Source: Azolla caroliniana (taxonomy: Eukaryota > Plantae > Polypodiophyta). Taken from it: 64,000 bases of DNA. A program made the translations under genes and the position numbers. Each line of letters opens with the position of its first letter. Position 1 is the stretch's first letter. The stretch lies in contig JBHGNT010000002.1 in assembly GCA_043228905.1 (NCBI GenBank), positions 27,404,001 to 27,468,000 on the forward strand. The letters are read 5' to 3'. Of the stretch, positions 1-13,367 are shown in pieces. The notes under the pieces are model-generated. The model ran no database searches. It was not told the origin of the DNA and was given only the letters and a program-made list of their open reading frames with translations.

Positions 1-2111
1 ATCTCTTGCCGGAAAGATGATGTGTTATGGTTCTCTTTCACATATGCCTCCCTTCTTTACAATTGAAGATATATGCATAGGACTTAAGAAATTGGCCTCT
101 CGAAAGGCAAGCGATCTTCAATGTATAAAGGCTGAAATGCTCAAATGGACGGGAAAGGAAGCACATATATGGATAAGCGATATGTTTAATGATGCATTGC
201 AACATGGTATGCCGTACGATTGGACTACAAATTGGATCAAACCTTTACATAAAGGTGGAGATATAAATAATGTAAACAACTATCGAATCATCATGGTTGG
301 CTCATTAATGGCAAAACTATTTGGATGTATAATGGAATCAAAGATAAGTGTATGGGCTGAAAAAAGTGGTAAGAGAGCTTATGGACAAGCTGGCTTTCGG
401 AAACACCATAGCACCATTGATCACCTTATCACCCTTCGAGTATTAACGGAGGAAAGTCGCCTTAGAGGTAAAGGTTTATATTGTTGCTTTGTAGACTTCA
501 AGAAAGCTTTTGATATGGTACCTCGTGAGCATCTTTGGAGGCGAATGGAAGAACTTGAGGTGCCAAGTGAATATATGCTTGCAATTTCCCGAATTTATGA
601 GAAGGTTATATGTTGTGTGCGCATGAGAGATAAACTTTCAGATTTTTTCAAAAGCACTATTGGTGTTAAGCAAGGATGCCCACTCTCACCAACACTATTT
701 GGTCTATGCATTGATGAATTGGAAGAAATGGTTACCAAGTTTGCAAAGGAAGAATGTGTTGAAGAAGTTGCCATTGGGAATGTTGTGATTATGCTTTTGC
801 TATATGCAGATGATGTAGTGCTTTTTGCAAATACTTTAGGAGATGCACAAAAGCTTATGAAGGCATTGGAAAAATTTTGCATGCATACTAAATTAAGTGT
901 CAATAGCTCTAAAACAAAGATTATGCTTGTGAAGAGCCAAAAAAGAGATAAACCATGCATTATGTACAACAATGAGCCACTTGAATGTGTGGAAAGCTTC
1001 AAATATCTTGGCCTTGAAGTTCCTTCAAATCATAGATGGAATGAATGTGCTACACGCCGCTTAGAGGCGGGCAAGCGAGCATACTATGCATTTGAGAACA
1101 CATGCAATCTTGGAGATATTAAGTGTTGGGTCCTCAAGAAATATCTTTTCGACACTTTGGTGACACCGGTTCTTCTCTATGGGGTGGAAGTATGGGGTGG
1201 TAGCATCCCTAAATCTATGTGGAAAGAGTTTGAAAATGTCCAAAAGCATTTTCTTACCAAGTTTCTACAAGTTAAGAAACAAACGCCCTACACCCTCCTC
1301 CTCCTTGAGACGGGATCGCTTCCCATTGAGATCATGGCCATGGAAAGGGTTGTTGAATACATGCTTAAGGTTCAAAAAAGTCCCTCACATCGACTTCCTA
1401 GAATTGCGTGGGAAGCAAGCAAAAAGATCCAAAAGACGCATAAAAGCAAAATTTTGTGTTCCGGTTGGATGCAAGATATAGAAAAATGGTTTGGTAGATG
1501 GGATGCGAGACACTTGCTTCATGATGCATCATTAGATTCCTCTGTAAATGAGGCATTTTTGCAACGCCAATGTATCATGACATGGGACAAATGTGGAGGC
1601 TCACGCTTCACACATTATACTACACATGTTGCACCTAACTACAAAACCATATTCTTCGCGGAACGGGGAAATCGTACACATCCATACATGTTAGAGCCCA
1701 TACCGTTATCTTCCATTTGAACCATTGCTTCCATGCGACTTAGCTCACATGCATTGCGATGTGAAACAGGGCGTTGGGGTACAAGTGATGAGAGTGGTCG
1801 GTTATGCGCACTTTGCCCTAAACAAGTTCGCGAGTCTGAGTATCACACTTTGATACAATGCTTTGCCTTTGATCATATTCGACCATGCTTTACACATCTC
1901 TTCGATCGAGCCCAATCTTTGCATGAATTCCTCTCACAACCACAATGTGCACTCTCGATTGCAACATTCATTGGTAAAGTTCTTGAACATCGAGAGTCAC
2001 TACTCACTTTCACACATATCACGTGAAATGTAATATTTTTGGTCTCATAGGTCATATTTGACCTCCGAAGACGATAATATAATCTATCTATAATCTATCT
2101 ATCTATCTATC
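1..2111 (+). mobile_element. Non-LTR retrotransposon (LINE, RTE/RTEX-like), 3' part: RT, C-terminal Cys/His motif and (ATCT)n tail
   Basis: ORF 17..1720 has RT motifs QAGFR, FVDFKKAFD, GVKQGCPLSP and LLYADD. It continues in the same frame past one TGA (1718-1720) into 1733..2026 (RLSSHALRCETGRW, CALC..ESEYHTLIQC). The element ends in a tandem ATCT tail at about 2081-2111. The 5' end lies outside the window. Confidence 0.92.
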
Positions 2112-3240
2112 TCTCGCTTACGCTGCTAAAAACATCCAATCCTTCCAGTCTAGGACCCCAGTGGTCCCGCTTCATTTCGCAAGCACGCGAGGATTTCCTT
2201 GACATCTTACTTGGTGAACCCGACATGAAGAAGCGGTAGGAAGGATCAAGACGAGGATCAACCAATACTTGGAGATGGCATCCGCAAGCAATTAAGTGGG
2301 AGAGTTCGAAAGAATGATGATAATCTTTGAACAAATGATGAGATCTCGGGACAACGATGTGAGCATGGAGAAGGTCGTCAACCGTGTCGTCGAGGTCGAG
2401 GGTCAATTTGATGGAAGGAACATTACGAAGTTCCTGGATGTATACAAAAGGGAGATGAATCAAAGGGACGTGTATGAAGCACATCAAATCTCGAGTTTCA
2501 AGCGAGTTGCCGCCAACAACGTCCAAAGGCGGGTCATTGAGCTTCGAGAAAGGAAGCCAACGTGGTCAAAGTTTGAAAGAGCAATATTAGTGGATTTTGC
2601 GATGGAATATTTGTCGAGGATGACTCAACATATCTTGATGAAGTGGATAGAAAAGAAAAATAAGAAGATGAGCGCCTCGAGGGTATACGATGAGTTCGAC
2701 TAGATGTTTAGTCGTCTCCCTGCCACAGATCAAGTGCCGCTTGAGGAGGACAAGACTTTGTACTTCTTGAAAGTTGTGGATATGAAGGATAGACGAGAAC
2801 TGGGGACTCTCCTCCAAGATGATACCCAAGTGAACGGGCTTGTGGCAAACTAGGCTGTGGTGAAGAGAGCGTGCAACAAGATCGATAGGCGTCATCAATG
2901 GCTTGAAGATATTGACTTGGTAAGGTCAAATGTAGAAAAAACAAGACCTTCTAAAGAAGTCGAGCTGCCTAATCAAAGCAACCTACATGAAAAGAAGATT
3001 GATGATGACTCGAGGATGGAGAAGGCCACTTCGAGGGAGGATGAATGTTTCGGAACACGCATTGTGTTCGAAACATCGGATGATGAATGAGCAAGCCTAA
3101 TCAAAGCTTGCGTCAATGGAGATAAAGAGTGTGAGGCTAGCGTAATTGAGGATCTAGCCACTAAAGATGACATCAAGGAGGTGACTATGAACAAGACAAC
3201 AAGTGTCGACAACGATCGTGGCCACATAACACACATCTCT
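2112..3240 (+). mobile_element. Truncated, decayed LTR retrotransposon 5' end: U5 remnant, tRNA-Trp PBS and gag pseudogene
   Basis: LTR-like end TTGACA at 2199-2204, then PBS TGGTGAACCCGACATGAA at 2212-2229. A gag-like frame from ATG 2275 (FDGRNITKFLDVYKREM...TWSKFE) is broken by in-frame stops at 2293, 2701 and 2851. Confidence 0.7.
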
Positions 3241-4175
3241 TCTGTTGCACAAGAATTATATCCGTTTCTTTACAGTATATATATGGGGAACTTATGGATT
3301 GGAGAGCACTTGTATTCTTTTAGTATTAAAGCATTCTAGACCATGATCTTATAATTTTTGTTGTAAATGTTGAATTTGTCTTGCGCACTAACCCATTTTT
3401 TGTTTATACATAATTACATAAGGTGTGAGCTTGAGCTATGATTTGTTTTGAAATTAAGACAATGTGTTTTTCCTATAAACAAAGAAACCATTCTTCCCGA
3501 AATATATGTTCTTGATCATGGCATTATAGTTGTGTTCAATGAGTTAGCATTAATGATCACATCAAAATCAACATATGGTTCTAGCATGATGTGTGAGTCC
3601 AACTAGTATTGTCGCCATGACACCACTTTTTTATGAATACACAACCAATGTTTGATCTAATTGCCCTAAAGTATCATACCTTGTTTTTCTATGACTACAT
3701 TGCCATGGCCGAATGGCCCTAAAATACTACACTTTGACTAGATTTGGGATACCACCACATCAACACAAAGCTTGCTCACGAGCTTGGAGTAAGCACTTTA
3801 GTTTAGATGTTTTGTTTCATTTTTTCTCGATGCTTCTAAACAAATTGTTAGGGCAAGCAGCAGAAACAAAGACAAGGAGCAACACCCTAGGGCCTTGAAG
3901 AGTGAGCTTGACCATAGAATGGATAATTCGGGTAGGATTAGGCAAACTACATACTCACAAGGAATGCCAAAAAGAGGAGAAACACAACATCAGAAATTAA
4001 AAACTAGAGGAAAGACAAGGTGTAAAACAAGGGGAACAATGGTACCCGTAGATCTGGGAGAGAGGATTGGACGGTTGAGATGGGAGGAGTATTGCACGGT
4101 GCAGATGTAAAGGAGATCGATCCAGATTCAGAGGCGTTAGACCAATGACAAGAGAGTACGCGATTTGAAAAGCTA

Positions 4176-4183
4176 TTTCCCGC
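4176..4183 (+). promoter_or_regulatory. Canonical E2F site TTTCCCGC upstream of histone H1, with a CCAAT at 4142
   Basis: Exact match to the E2F consensus TTTSSCGC, about 230 bp upstream of the H1 ATG. Confidence 0.5.
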
Positions 4184-4411
4184 ACTTTGATTCATTGCGT
4201 TTTTTTTTACATCCTTCTGTGTTTTTTTTTGTTTTTTTTTTTGTGTTTTTACGTTTTGTTTCGTTTCTTCTTTAAAAGGGAGCGCAGATTTTTGAAAATT
4301 CAAAAAAAAATCTTCAATCGCTCTCTTCATCCATCCATCTCCCTCACTGTTCGTTTTTCCTTTCTGTCTGCATCTAATCCTCCTTTCTTTACATCCCATT
4401 AATATTTCGCC

Positions 4412-5584
4412 ATGGGTGCGGAACCCCTTACTGCTGCTGTTGCTGCTCAGGCAACGAAGAAAGTGAAGATTTCCGAGCCTAAGAAGGTTAAAGTTGCGCC
4501 TGCTTATCCTTCTTACTTACAGGTATTACTCCTCCTCCTCTCTCTATTTTTTCCTGATACTAGTTTTATTCTGTAGATGCACGTTCTCATCCAATGTATC
4601 CATCGAAATTTCTGTTAAAAAATTTCAATATGGAAACGACTAAGGTTTCAAAAGTTTGGATAATACTTTCGGCCTGTTTTGTTGAATCCGTGCTGCTTGT
4701 TGATGCTGAGTCTGTTGCTTTACAATTAAGCGAATTTGTTTTACGTATTAGCAATCTATGTAATGGAAGTAAAGGCATGTCTTTTGTGATGTTACGGATG
4801 TGCTCTACCTTTTTCGTAGTTTTATGGACGCCGAATTATTGAATTCCGTTTTGGTTGTCAATGTAATGCAGGTTAAATGCATAATTTGTGATGTTTATGT
4901 AAGTAGTGAAGATTAAGGTTCTGATGTAATTTGGTGATAACATATTAATGCTATGATTATTTGTCTCAACAGATGAGTGCTGAGGCAATTGGAGCTTTGA
5001 AGGAGAGAACTGGTTCCAGTCAGCTCGCTATTGCCAAGTGGATTGAAGGAAAATATGCAGGTGTTCTCCCTGCTAATTTTAAGAAACAGCTCTCCCTTCA
5101 ACTCAAGAAATTGAGCCAGAAAGGAAAACTTGTTCAGATCAAACACTCTTACAAACTCTCTGATGAACTTAAGAAACCTGCTAAGGTTGTGAAGAAAGTT
5201 GTCGCGAAGAAAGCATCAGTTGAAAAGAAAGTCGTGAAGGCAATTAAGTCACCAAAAAAGGCTATCAAGAAAACAGTGGCGAAGAGTGCATCTGCCAAAA
5301 TCAAACCTGCGAAGAAAACTGCTATTAATCCTAAGAAAGATGTGAAGGTTGTGTCAAAAGCTGCCACTGCCATTGATGAAAAGAAAACTTCTGCGCCCAG
5401 TGGTTTGAAAAAGACTGCAAAGAAGCCGGTAGAGAAGAAGGCTGTTAAAGCGACTTCAACTGTCAGTGCTGCAAAGAAACCTCCTGTTTCAAAGAAAAAT
5501 GTCGCAAAAAAGGTTTCCACGAATTCTAGGAAGGTTGCTAAGGTCAAATCTCCTGTTGCAAAGAAGAGCAAGGCGTCTGCTTGA
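4412..5584 (+). CDS. H1: Linker histone H1, about 240 aa; exons 4412-4522 and 4973-5584
   Basis: The spliced product reads AYPSYLQ|MSAEAIGALKERTGSSQLAIAKWIE...GKLVQIKHSYKL (globular domain) followed by a Lys/Ala-rich tail. The phase-0 GT..AG intron is at the usual plant H1 position. Confidence 0.95.
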
Positions 5585-6851
5585 ACTCACACATTATTCC
5601 AACGTTTCGTATTCAATATAAATATATATACATATATATATCGGTGTTTCTTAACACCACCAGTTACTGGGTTAATCTCACTTGCTTTGATCCTTCCCTA
5701 TTTTTGCTCTCAGAATGACAGCTCTTTTATAAAGTTGTAAATTGTAGTATCTGTGTAGACATGTGCTTAGTGGTTGTGGCTCGCTTCCTGTTTTTGTATT
5801 GTGGTTTTCAGTGTCAATTGCCTCCTTACTTGACCCCCACTACCTTTGTATATAAATTTCTCTGCAGTTTTTAATAGTGATTGCTGATTTCTTTCTCCAA
5901 CAAAATGTTATTTCTGGAGTTCTTGTAATAATTATTATCAGTTTACAAACTTTAATGATTAACAGAAGTATAAAATAGCTTTTGCAGAATCCAATAATAC
6001 ACGTTATCTCTGGTCGATTCCTGTTCTCTCTGGCTGGGCATTTTAACGGTTTCAGTTGGTTTGTCAAAATGTAAATCGCTTAGGCAACTTAGTTTCAAAC
6101 CCAAACGGAATTGGTGATAAGAATCGCGACTCCTAAATCTTTGTAGGCATCACTTGGGTTCTTTGTAAGCAATTTTTCGATGCACTTGTTTCTTATAAAA
6201 ATAGGTTCCAAGACAAGGAATCAATGTGTCGTCAAATGTATTTTGAATAGCATTATTATCTAAGCTAGGTTTGTGTCTTTTTAAGTAGTTTTGTTTTATT
6301 TTAGGCTAGTTAATAATGGTTCTTGTTTCAACCCAATATTTGGATCAATATCAATCATGGGCGATTGTTGATCCTTTTTAGATATGTATAATAATCTACA
6401 TGATGTAGAACTGCATCATTCAATGCCAACATGACCTAAGTTTTTTTAGCTTTGACAAGTGGAGGAGCCCGAGAAGCCCGAGAAGCTCAATGTAAAGTCA
6501 AGAAGTAACCTTGGAATCTTAGGTAAGTTTTTGTTGAGATATCAAGCTCAACTAGGTTTAGTTATTTATGAAATGGGAAACTTAGTAGTCACATATATAG
6601 AATCTAGTTATTGTATTGACATCAAAGTCTTAAATAGGATTTTATACTTGTACTTAAGTATGGATACATTCTAGATCCTCCACTACCAAGTTCATTTAAT
6701 ATAGGGCTTACATCCTTGTACCTATAAAGTCCTCACACATGTGCACCCTTGCACATGAGATGTATATATACCTCATTTTGGGCATTATGTAACTTGATAC
6801 GTATTAATATAGAGAAAATCTTTAAGCTAGACTTAAATTTGTGGTCACCCT

Positions 6852-7612
6852 TTGGAATCAATTCCTCATTGTTTTTGGATTTGTAACGAGGCTATTAACA
6901 TTTGGCGTAGAAGTCTCCGGATAGTGGCAGCATGCGGCATGAATGAGAGAGTTGTATGGGGGTCCGTACAGGGGCTGAAGTTAATAGGGGAAGGTTGGGC
7001 TGAACAGTTAAACCCTCACGGACATGGATTTATAGTGCAGGGTGGCAAGGTGTTTCAACGGGCTGGAGTTCGACCTGGCACTAACTCAGAACTTTTTGAA
7101 GAGATATGGAGGATGATGGCTTGTTTATCGGTTTGGCACATTTGGACCAACCGCTGTAAGTTTGTTTTTCAACAACAAAAGATCCCTAGTGGTGAGGTAT
7201 TAATAAATATCTGGTTTGAGTTGGTCTCTTGGCTGCGGGGACGATACGACTCGATTAAGGGGGAATCTGATGCAGCTGAAAGATCTCGATCAAAGTTCTT
7301 GCTGAAATGGGGTAATTCTCCTATGGTCGGCAGATCATCATCAGGGCCTCAATGGCACTACCAAGCACCCCGATGGCTGTTTCCCCCAATAGTTTCCAAC
7401 AGTGTCTAGGTGTTGTAAATTTGTATAGTTATGGTAAAAATAACTAGGTTATTGGAGTTGTTTGGATACGTTTGTTGAAAATGAGGTGGGGACTATGTCC
7501 GCTTTGGTGGGAAGGCCAGAGTGAGGGCTGTTGAGAGGAATTTTGAGAGTTCTATGATGTAATTTTGTTTGCTAACTAATGCGAAGTAGTGATTTTTTGG
7601 TAAAAAAAAAAA
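6852..7612 (+). mobile_element. 5'-truncated L1-type LINE 3' end (ORF2 C-terminus, 3' UTR, poly-A)
   Basis: ESIPHCFWIC...IW (zf-RVT-like) and VWHIWTNRCKFVF motifs; A-tract at 7602-7612. No clear target-site duplication. Confidence 0.72.
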
Positions 7613-7647
7613 TCCCCCATTGTGTCGTTCATTAGTGTAACTTTCTT

Positions 7648-7678
<31 letters not shown>

Positions 7679-10600
7679 TATCACATAGTCTTCCGTTGCT
7701 TAATCACATATGTCATTAACTACTCACATTATTAGGTACTAATTGTCTAATTATTAACAGTTTCGTTTAAGGCAATTGGTTATTATCCCTAATGGCTCGC
7801 CCATCTAGTCTATGAAATGCATCACTATTTCTATTGACCCCTTTTTGCACATGGGGTCCAAAGCTTTTGGGGCATGTGATACCATGGAATTACGAGAAAT
7901 GTTCACCTAATGTTATAGATAGTCATTATTCTTTTCTATGGGGAAAAGTATGTTTAATATTGCTAGAAAAGTCATCCCAACATGTGTTCAAGGTAATAAG
8001 TCTACTAAGTGCTCACTAAACAAGCTAATTAAACATTTTTGTAAACTTACAAATGGGTGGGAATATGTGGAATGAGTTGTCTGCTTCTGTTGGTGGGAAG
8101 GGTCGGAGAAGGACAACTACTGAGCTTTGAGACTGGAATAGGGTTGAGCGAAAGGATTGGCAGTGTTTGGATACATCCAATAGTATAATAATGTCAAACA
8201 CTAGAAAACAATAGATGAATTTGTGCAGTGTGAGAACAGACTAAAAGAGAAGATACTAGTATCATTGGCTTGTGGATTGAATCTAGTTCTCTTGTTGGAT
8301 GCAAATTTGCTCATCAACTTGTTCGATTCCTCGTCCTTGATTACTCATCGTATCGCTCTCGTTTCAATGCGACACATAATTACACTCACCATCATTGTCA
8401 TCCTTATGATTCAATCCTCCTAATCCACATCCCCTCTCGTTATCATCCATTAACTTGCTTTCATCATTTAATGAATTGTTTTAAGATATTTTCTTTCAAA
8501 CCATAAATTTGGTTGAGCTGAATTGAACTATTGTTGAAGACTAACATGTGCAGAAATTGTTTTGCGAATTGTTGAAAACTATAAAAAAGTTGAAGTGTTA
8601 GAAAATAAGTTATACTTTAAAATTAAGAAACGAAATAAAAATTAACATTAAGGAAGTAGATGGATTTATAATGTTAACAATTAAACTAACAATATATTAG
8701 GTTTCCCAATCGAGATCATAGAATACAACAAAATTGCTAGGGTCAATTTGAGCTCAACACAAAGTATCAATTCTTGTTTCCAAACTTATTATCCAGTTAT
8801 TGTTTGCAAGATTATAATTGAATTATTGTTCCAAGATTAGCATAGTGTTCTTGTTTCAAGGGCTTCAAAACAAGAATTGAAGACAAATATCAAATTCTCA
8901 TTTACAAGCCTAGGAAACAAAAACTTCATGAGCAAATATTTGATGGACTTGTTTATAATTTTGGTTTACATAAGGTAAAATAGATTTCCCACACATTGAA
9001 AATGTATATATATATTTAAAACTCCTAGTGCATAACCTTTGAACTTTAGGTTTTTTTAAAGTTTTCTTCTTCTTTTGGACATCATTATTCAATCTTTTTT
9101 GCGTTGTACTTATTCCAAAAAAGAATATACTCCCTTAGTTAAAATATACATAAAACTTGATCCCTTTTTGTGTTGTACTTAGCATTTTCCATGGATTTCA
9201 GTTTTCAAATTCTTAATAAATTAGCATTTGCCTAGATTGAGCATATAACTATTTGTTGATTTATCGAGATACTAACAATGTGAAATATATTATACATAGA
9301 TATGTACATACCCACTTCTTCACACACACACACAAAGCAACACATATAATAGAATAATGTCTGATTTTAGGTTAGTTACACATGTTTCTTTGTTAAACTG
9401 ATATTTGGATAAATAGCAATAATTATTTTACATTAGTGGAAGCACCTTCTAAAGGGGGGGTTTATGTCTGAATTTGTGGTGCATCTCGTCATATTCATGG
9501 ACACATAAAGAATGAGAAATGGTGGTCCTATTTGACATATACAATCTACACGATATGCAACCATAATATTTAATGTCACTAATACAACCCAAGGTATCAA
9601 CATTTGACATTTGCAAAACAAAGGCCAATAAACAATGGAATTAGAAGGAATGATATAATGATTGGGCGATCATTGCAGAGGAAAAGGACAAGGGTGGCAT
9701 TAGAATAGAGGGTTTGATACAATAACAACTTCAATCTCATGTTCTCATGAGTGGTTAGATGTAGATAAAACCAACCTTCAAAATTATTTCTATCCTTTAT
9801 TTAAGACAATAAGCTACTAACTTGGATGACCAAACCATCCCCTGCATCAAATGTACTACTAATTTTGTTGACCACTTGTTGCGTGTGGAATCTAAAGGGA
9901 CACGAAGAGCAAGCCATACCATGAAATCAAGTTGAATATTCCATGCTCACCCAATGAGTTAATTCAATATTTTAATAGTTTGCAAATTTGTGGGGTTAAT
10001 AATACACACAACATACTAACAATGCGAAACTCTAGAAAATGATACCTTCATGTTCAAACATACTTGTGAATCTTGGTTAAGAACAAAATAAAATAGAAGA
10101 TACCATCACATGTACTTCCATGTGCTTTAACATCATTTATTACTCGGAAGTATTCTCTACAAGGTTCGACTAATTGGTACTTTCTATTTTATATTCTAAG
10201 CATGAGCAAAACCTTCAACTTCCCATTTTGTGTCCCCATGAATACATAACACAACACACACACACACACACAAGATAAATGGGACATGTGATTTTGTTAT
10301 ATGTTATTCGATGATATGCTATTGTATATTTCTTGTGAAGTATGGAAATTCAAGTATATTTCTAAGGATAATAAAGATCTTAACTTTGAGCTATATAGGT
10401 CTTATCACAAATGTAAGCAATGTACTCTAAGTTTGTCTAATTTGCTATGTGTAATATTTAGGGAGAATCCTAGGGAGGAATATCTATCATATATCATGAC
10501 ATACAACAAACTCAGTTACTCAAGATTGATATAAAATACACAAGGATTGATGACAAGCATAAGGGTGTTAGTTAAATGAAGGTGTTATCTATAGGAACAC

Positions 10601-11169
10601 AATAGAGAGAAATGCCAATTGGGCTACATTAATGTGAACTCTTGAAGTCCAAGTATGAGAAACTTAGGTCTTGGAGGGATATGATCATTTTGGAGAGTAT
10701 GTGGTAGGGAAAGAACTCTTGTATACTGGGTAGAAGAAACTAGTGAAGCAATGACCTCCAACACTTTTTGTGATCTTGTCATTGGTTGTATTATTTATGT
10801 GGTTGTCATGTAGGATCATTGAATTAGGTTGAACAACATGGGAACTTATGAACTTTTACCATTTTTAGAGTTGCAGTCAACCAAAAAGCTTATTGATTAT
10901 TACAATATATTGGATTCAATTTTTGTATCACTTCTATTAACCATTTTGCTTCCAGGTAACATGAGTTTGCATATATATAAGATTTCATTAACTTATTTTA
11001 CCTCAATGATACCTCAAGATATTATTTTGGGCTTTTCAATTTGTATTCTATGATGGATTTACTTCTTCTTTTTATTCCCCCAAAAAATCATTCCATTAGT
11101 TATAAAATCTTACAAATGAGATTATTATGTACAAATCCCTGTAGGGACACGATAGTTCCATCTTATGTG

Positions 11170-11540
11170 GATGCCCATTGACTCAAGAAAGGGAGAGGAC
11201 AACCATTATTGGATGAAGGCTATTCGTTGTCTTTCAACTCCATCGAAGCCGCCCTTGAGGCAGTGGCTACAACCCGTCTACACCATTGTTTCCATAGAAT
11301 CCAAAGAGTTATTGGACAGACCAATTCCAACACAACTTGAGATCTATCATTAAGAGGAGTTGAGTGGACATTGCCGATTGTGGAGAAAAAAACCTCTTGT
11401 TCTTTTATCACCAAAGTCATCCCCTCCTCCTGATGCTCGTATCTGCCAATTGGGGCCTTGCACTTGGCATAATTGCAACAAGCGGCCAACCCCCCACCAT
11501 AATCAAAGACATCCATTTGAATAATGTCTACAACTCTCAT
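11170..11540 (-). mobile_element. Degenerate L1-type LINE ORF2 C-terminal fragment
   Basis: ITLWILWKQWCRRV matches the Trp-rich LINE C-terminal motif also seen at 6852-7409. Confidence 0.4.
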
Positions 11541-13367
11541 TGAGCATAACTATCCATATAATTGAAAATAAACTATACAAGTGACTTTCTTATTCAATCA
11601 GTAAGATTCATTATGAAAATTCATCTATTTCATATGTAAAACATGAAATCGATATCCATAGGTTCTCGTAGCTAGGTAGCCTCAAGTGTAGGGAACATTT
11701 ATGAGACTCACCATTTATGTTATGAAACGAGGAACAAACATGTCATATAGTTGTTACGTTGTATATAAAGAATGGCCAATTGCATGAAACTATAGTAACT
11801 ATTCCAAACTCTTAGTCAAGTGACAAGATGTTAATTATTCAACGTTTAATAGGGAGGATAACTTCACACTTACTAGTCAAGTGACAAGATGTATGAGACA
11901 TGGGGAAACAATGTGCGGTAGTTAGTAAGGATTTGAACAGACAACAAACCTTATGTTCATAGCCTAATGGTTTATACCAAGAGTTAGCTTGTTATGGTAA
12001 ATACAAGAAAATAAGGATAAAGGAAAGATATTCCAAAGAGTAATCATTGATCAAATAGTAGAAAGAGTAATCACTAATAAAATAGAATAGGGATAAAGGA
12101 AAGATATTAGAAAGGAACCAATCAATGTCAAACAATAATTTTGCGGGGGAGGAGAGAGGAGTATCAAATTGATAAATGATTGAAATAAATATATATTGAG
12201 GAAAGAGAAGGATAATCAAAATGCTATACTTTAACATTGCCCTTTCATCGCACCCAAAGATGCTCCCTAAATATAAGCCTTCGAATCAGGCTGATGAAAA
12301 CAACTCGCCTTTTGCAATAGTTAGTGCTAATTAATAAAGAAGATGTGCAATTTTTAGAAAACTTTTTAACAAGGTGCTCATCGTGAGTACAACCAAGTTT
12401 TATGCTGATTACATTTTCTCAATGCGCCCTCGCAAAACGAGCAGTAAGCACTTTGCGTGTCGAGGGTGGAAACTTCAACCTAGACTGAGAGGGGCCGAAC
12501 TCAAACTCATCAATGTCACACAATCTGGTGCCACTTCCCTCCCGCATTTTGGGGTTAGGCCCAAAACCATAAAGCGAAGTTAGGGGACCTTTTATTTAAC
12601 TTAAATGCTAGCCCAATGTGGGAGCCCATCCTAATTTTTTAATGGAAACCCTACATTAAAATGACATATGAGTCTGAATCCAATCTACGTCTGCAAGTCG
12701 CACTAGAGCACAAATGTGAAAGCATCCAAATGTATCAATGTCATATTGGGCCTGTCTTTTTGTACAGATGCACAAAAGGAAGGAAAACAACGCGGATGTG
12801 TGTGATTGCTCTTTACTTGAACTCAAACGTCTTGCTACCAAGAAGCCGTTTAGGTCATAAGCCACAACACTGGAGGGTCTCTATTTCTTCCTACAAGAAG
12901 AAGAGAAAAAAAGAGAACTACACAGGAAGCATCGACAGCCGCTCGGAGGCCGAAAGAAAGGGTCGGGCCGACACAAGAAAACATGCATTGGGAGAATTAG
13001 ATATTGTTTTTTGTGGACATAAAGAAAATGAGCATCATGTGAATCCACCTTTAGAGAGAGAGAGAGAGAGAGAGATTTTCATTTTAAATTGTGGAGGGTA
13101 CCCCTACAATATATATATATATATATATGTATATTTATAATGTATATTTATAAATAAGTAAATAAATAAAATTTTCTGCCTGCCTGAAAGAAGGATGGGT
13201 TTAGTCAATGTGTGAGAAAGAAGAAGCAGACACAGACAAAGAGAAGCCATGGATCCATGCCTGTGATCATGCAGAGCTCTTCCCCTAGCTGTTCTACTGC
13301 CTTTCTCTCTTCTTTTAGGGTTTCTCCTTTTGTCTTTAGTTTTTCAAGTTGAAGATAACAAAAAAGA

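Noticed and set aside
6455-6850. Possible LTR remnant upstream of the L1 fragment
   Set aside because: No second copy, clear TG..CA ends or TSD in this window.
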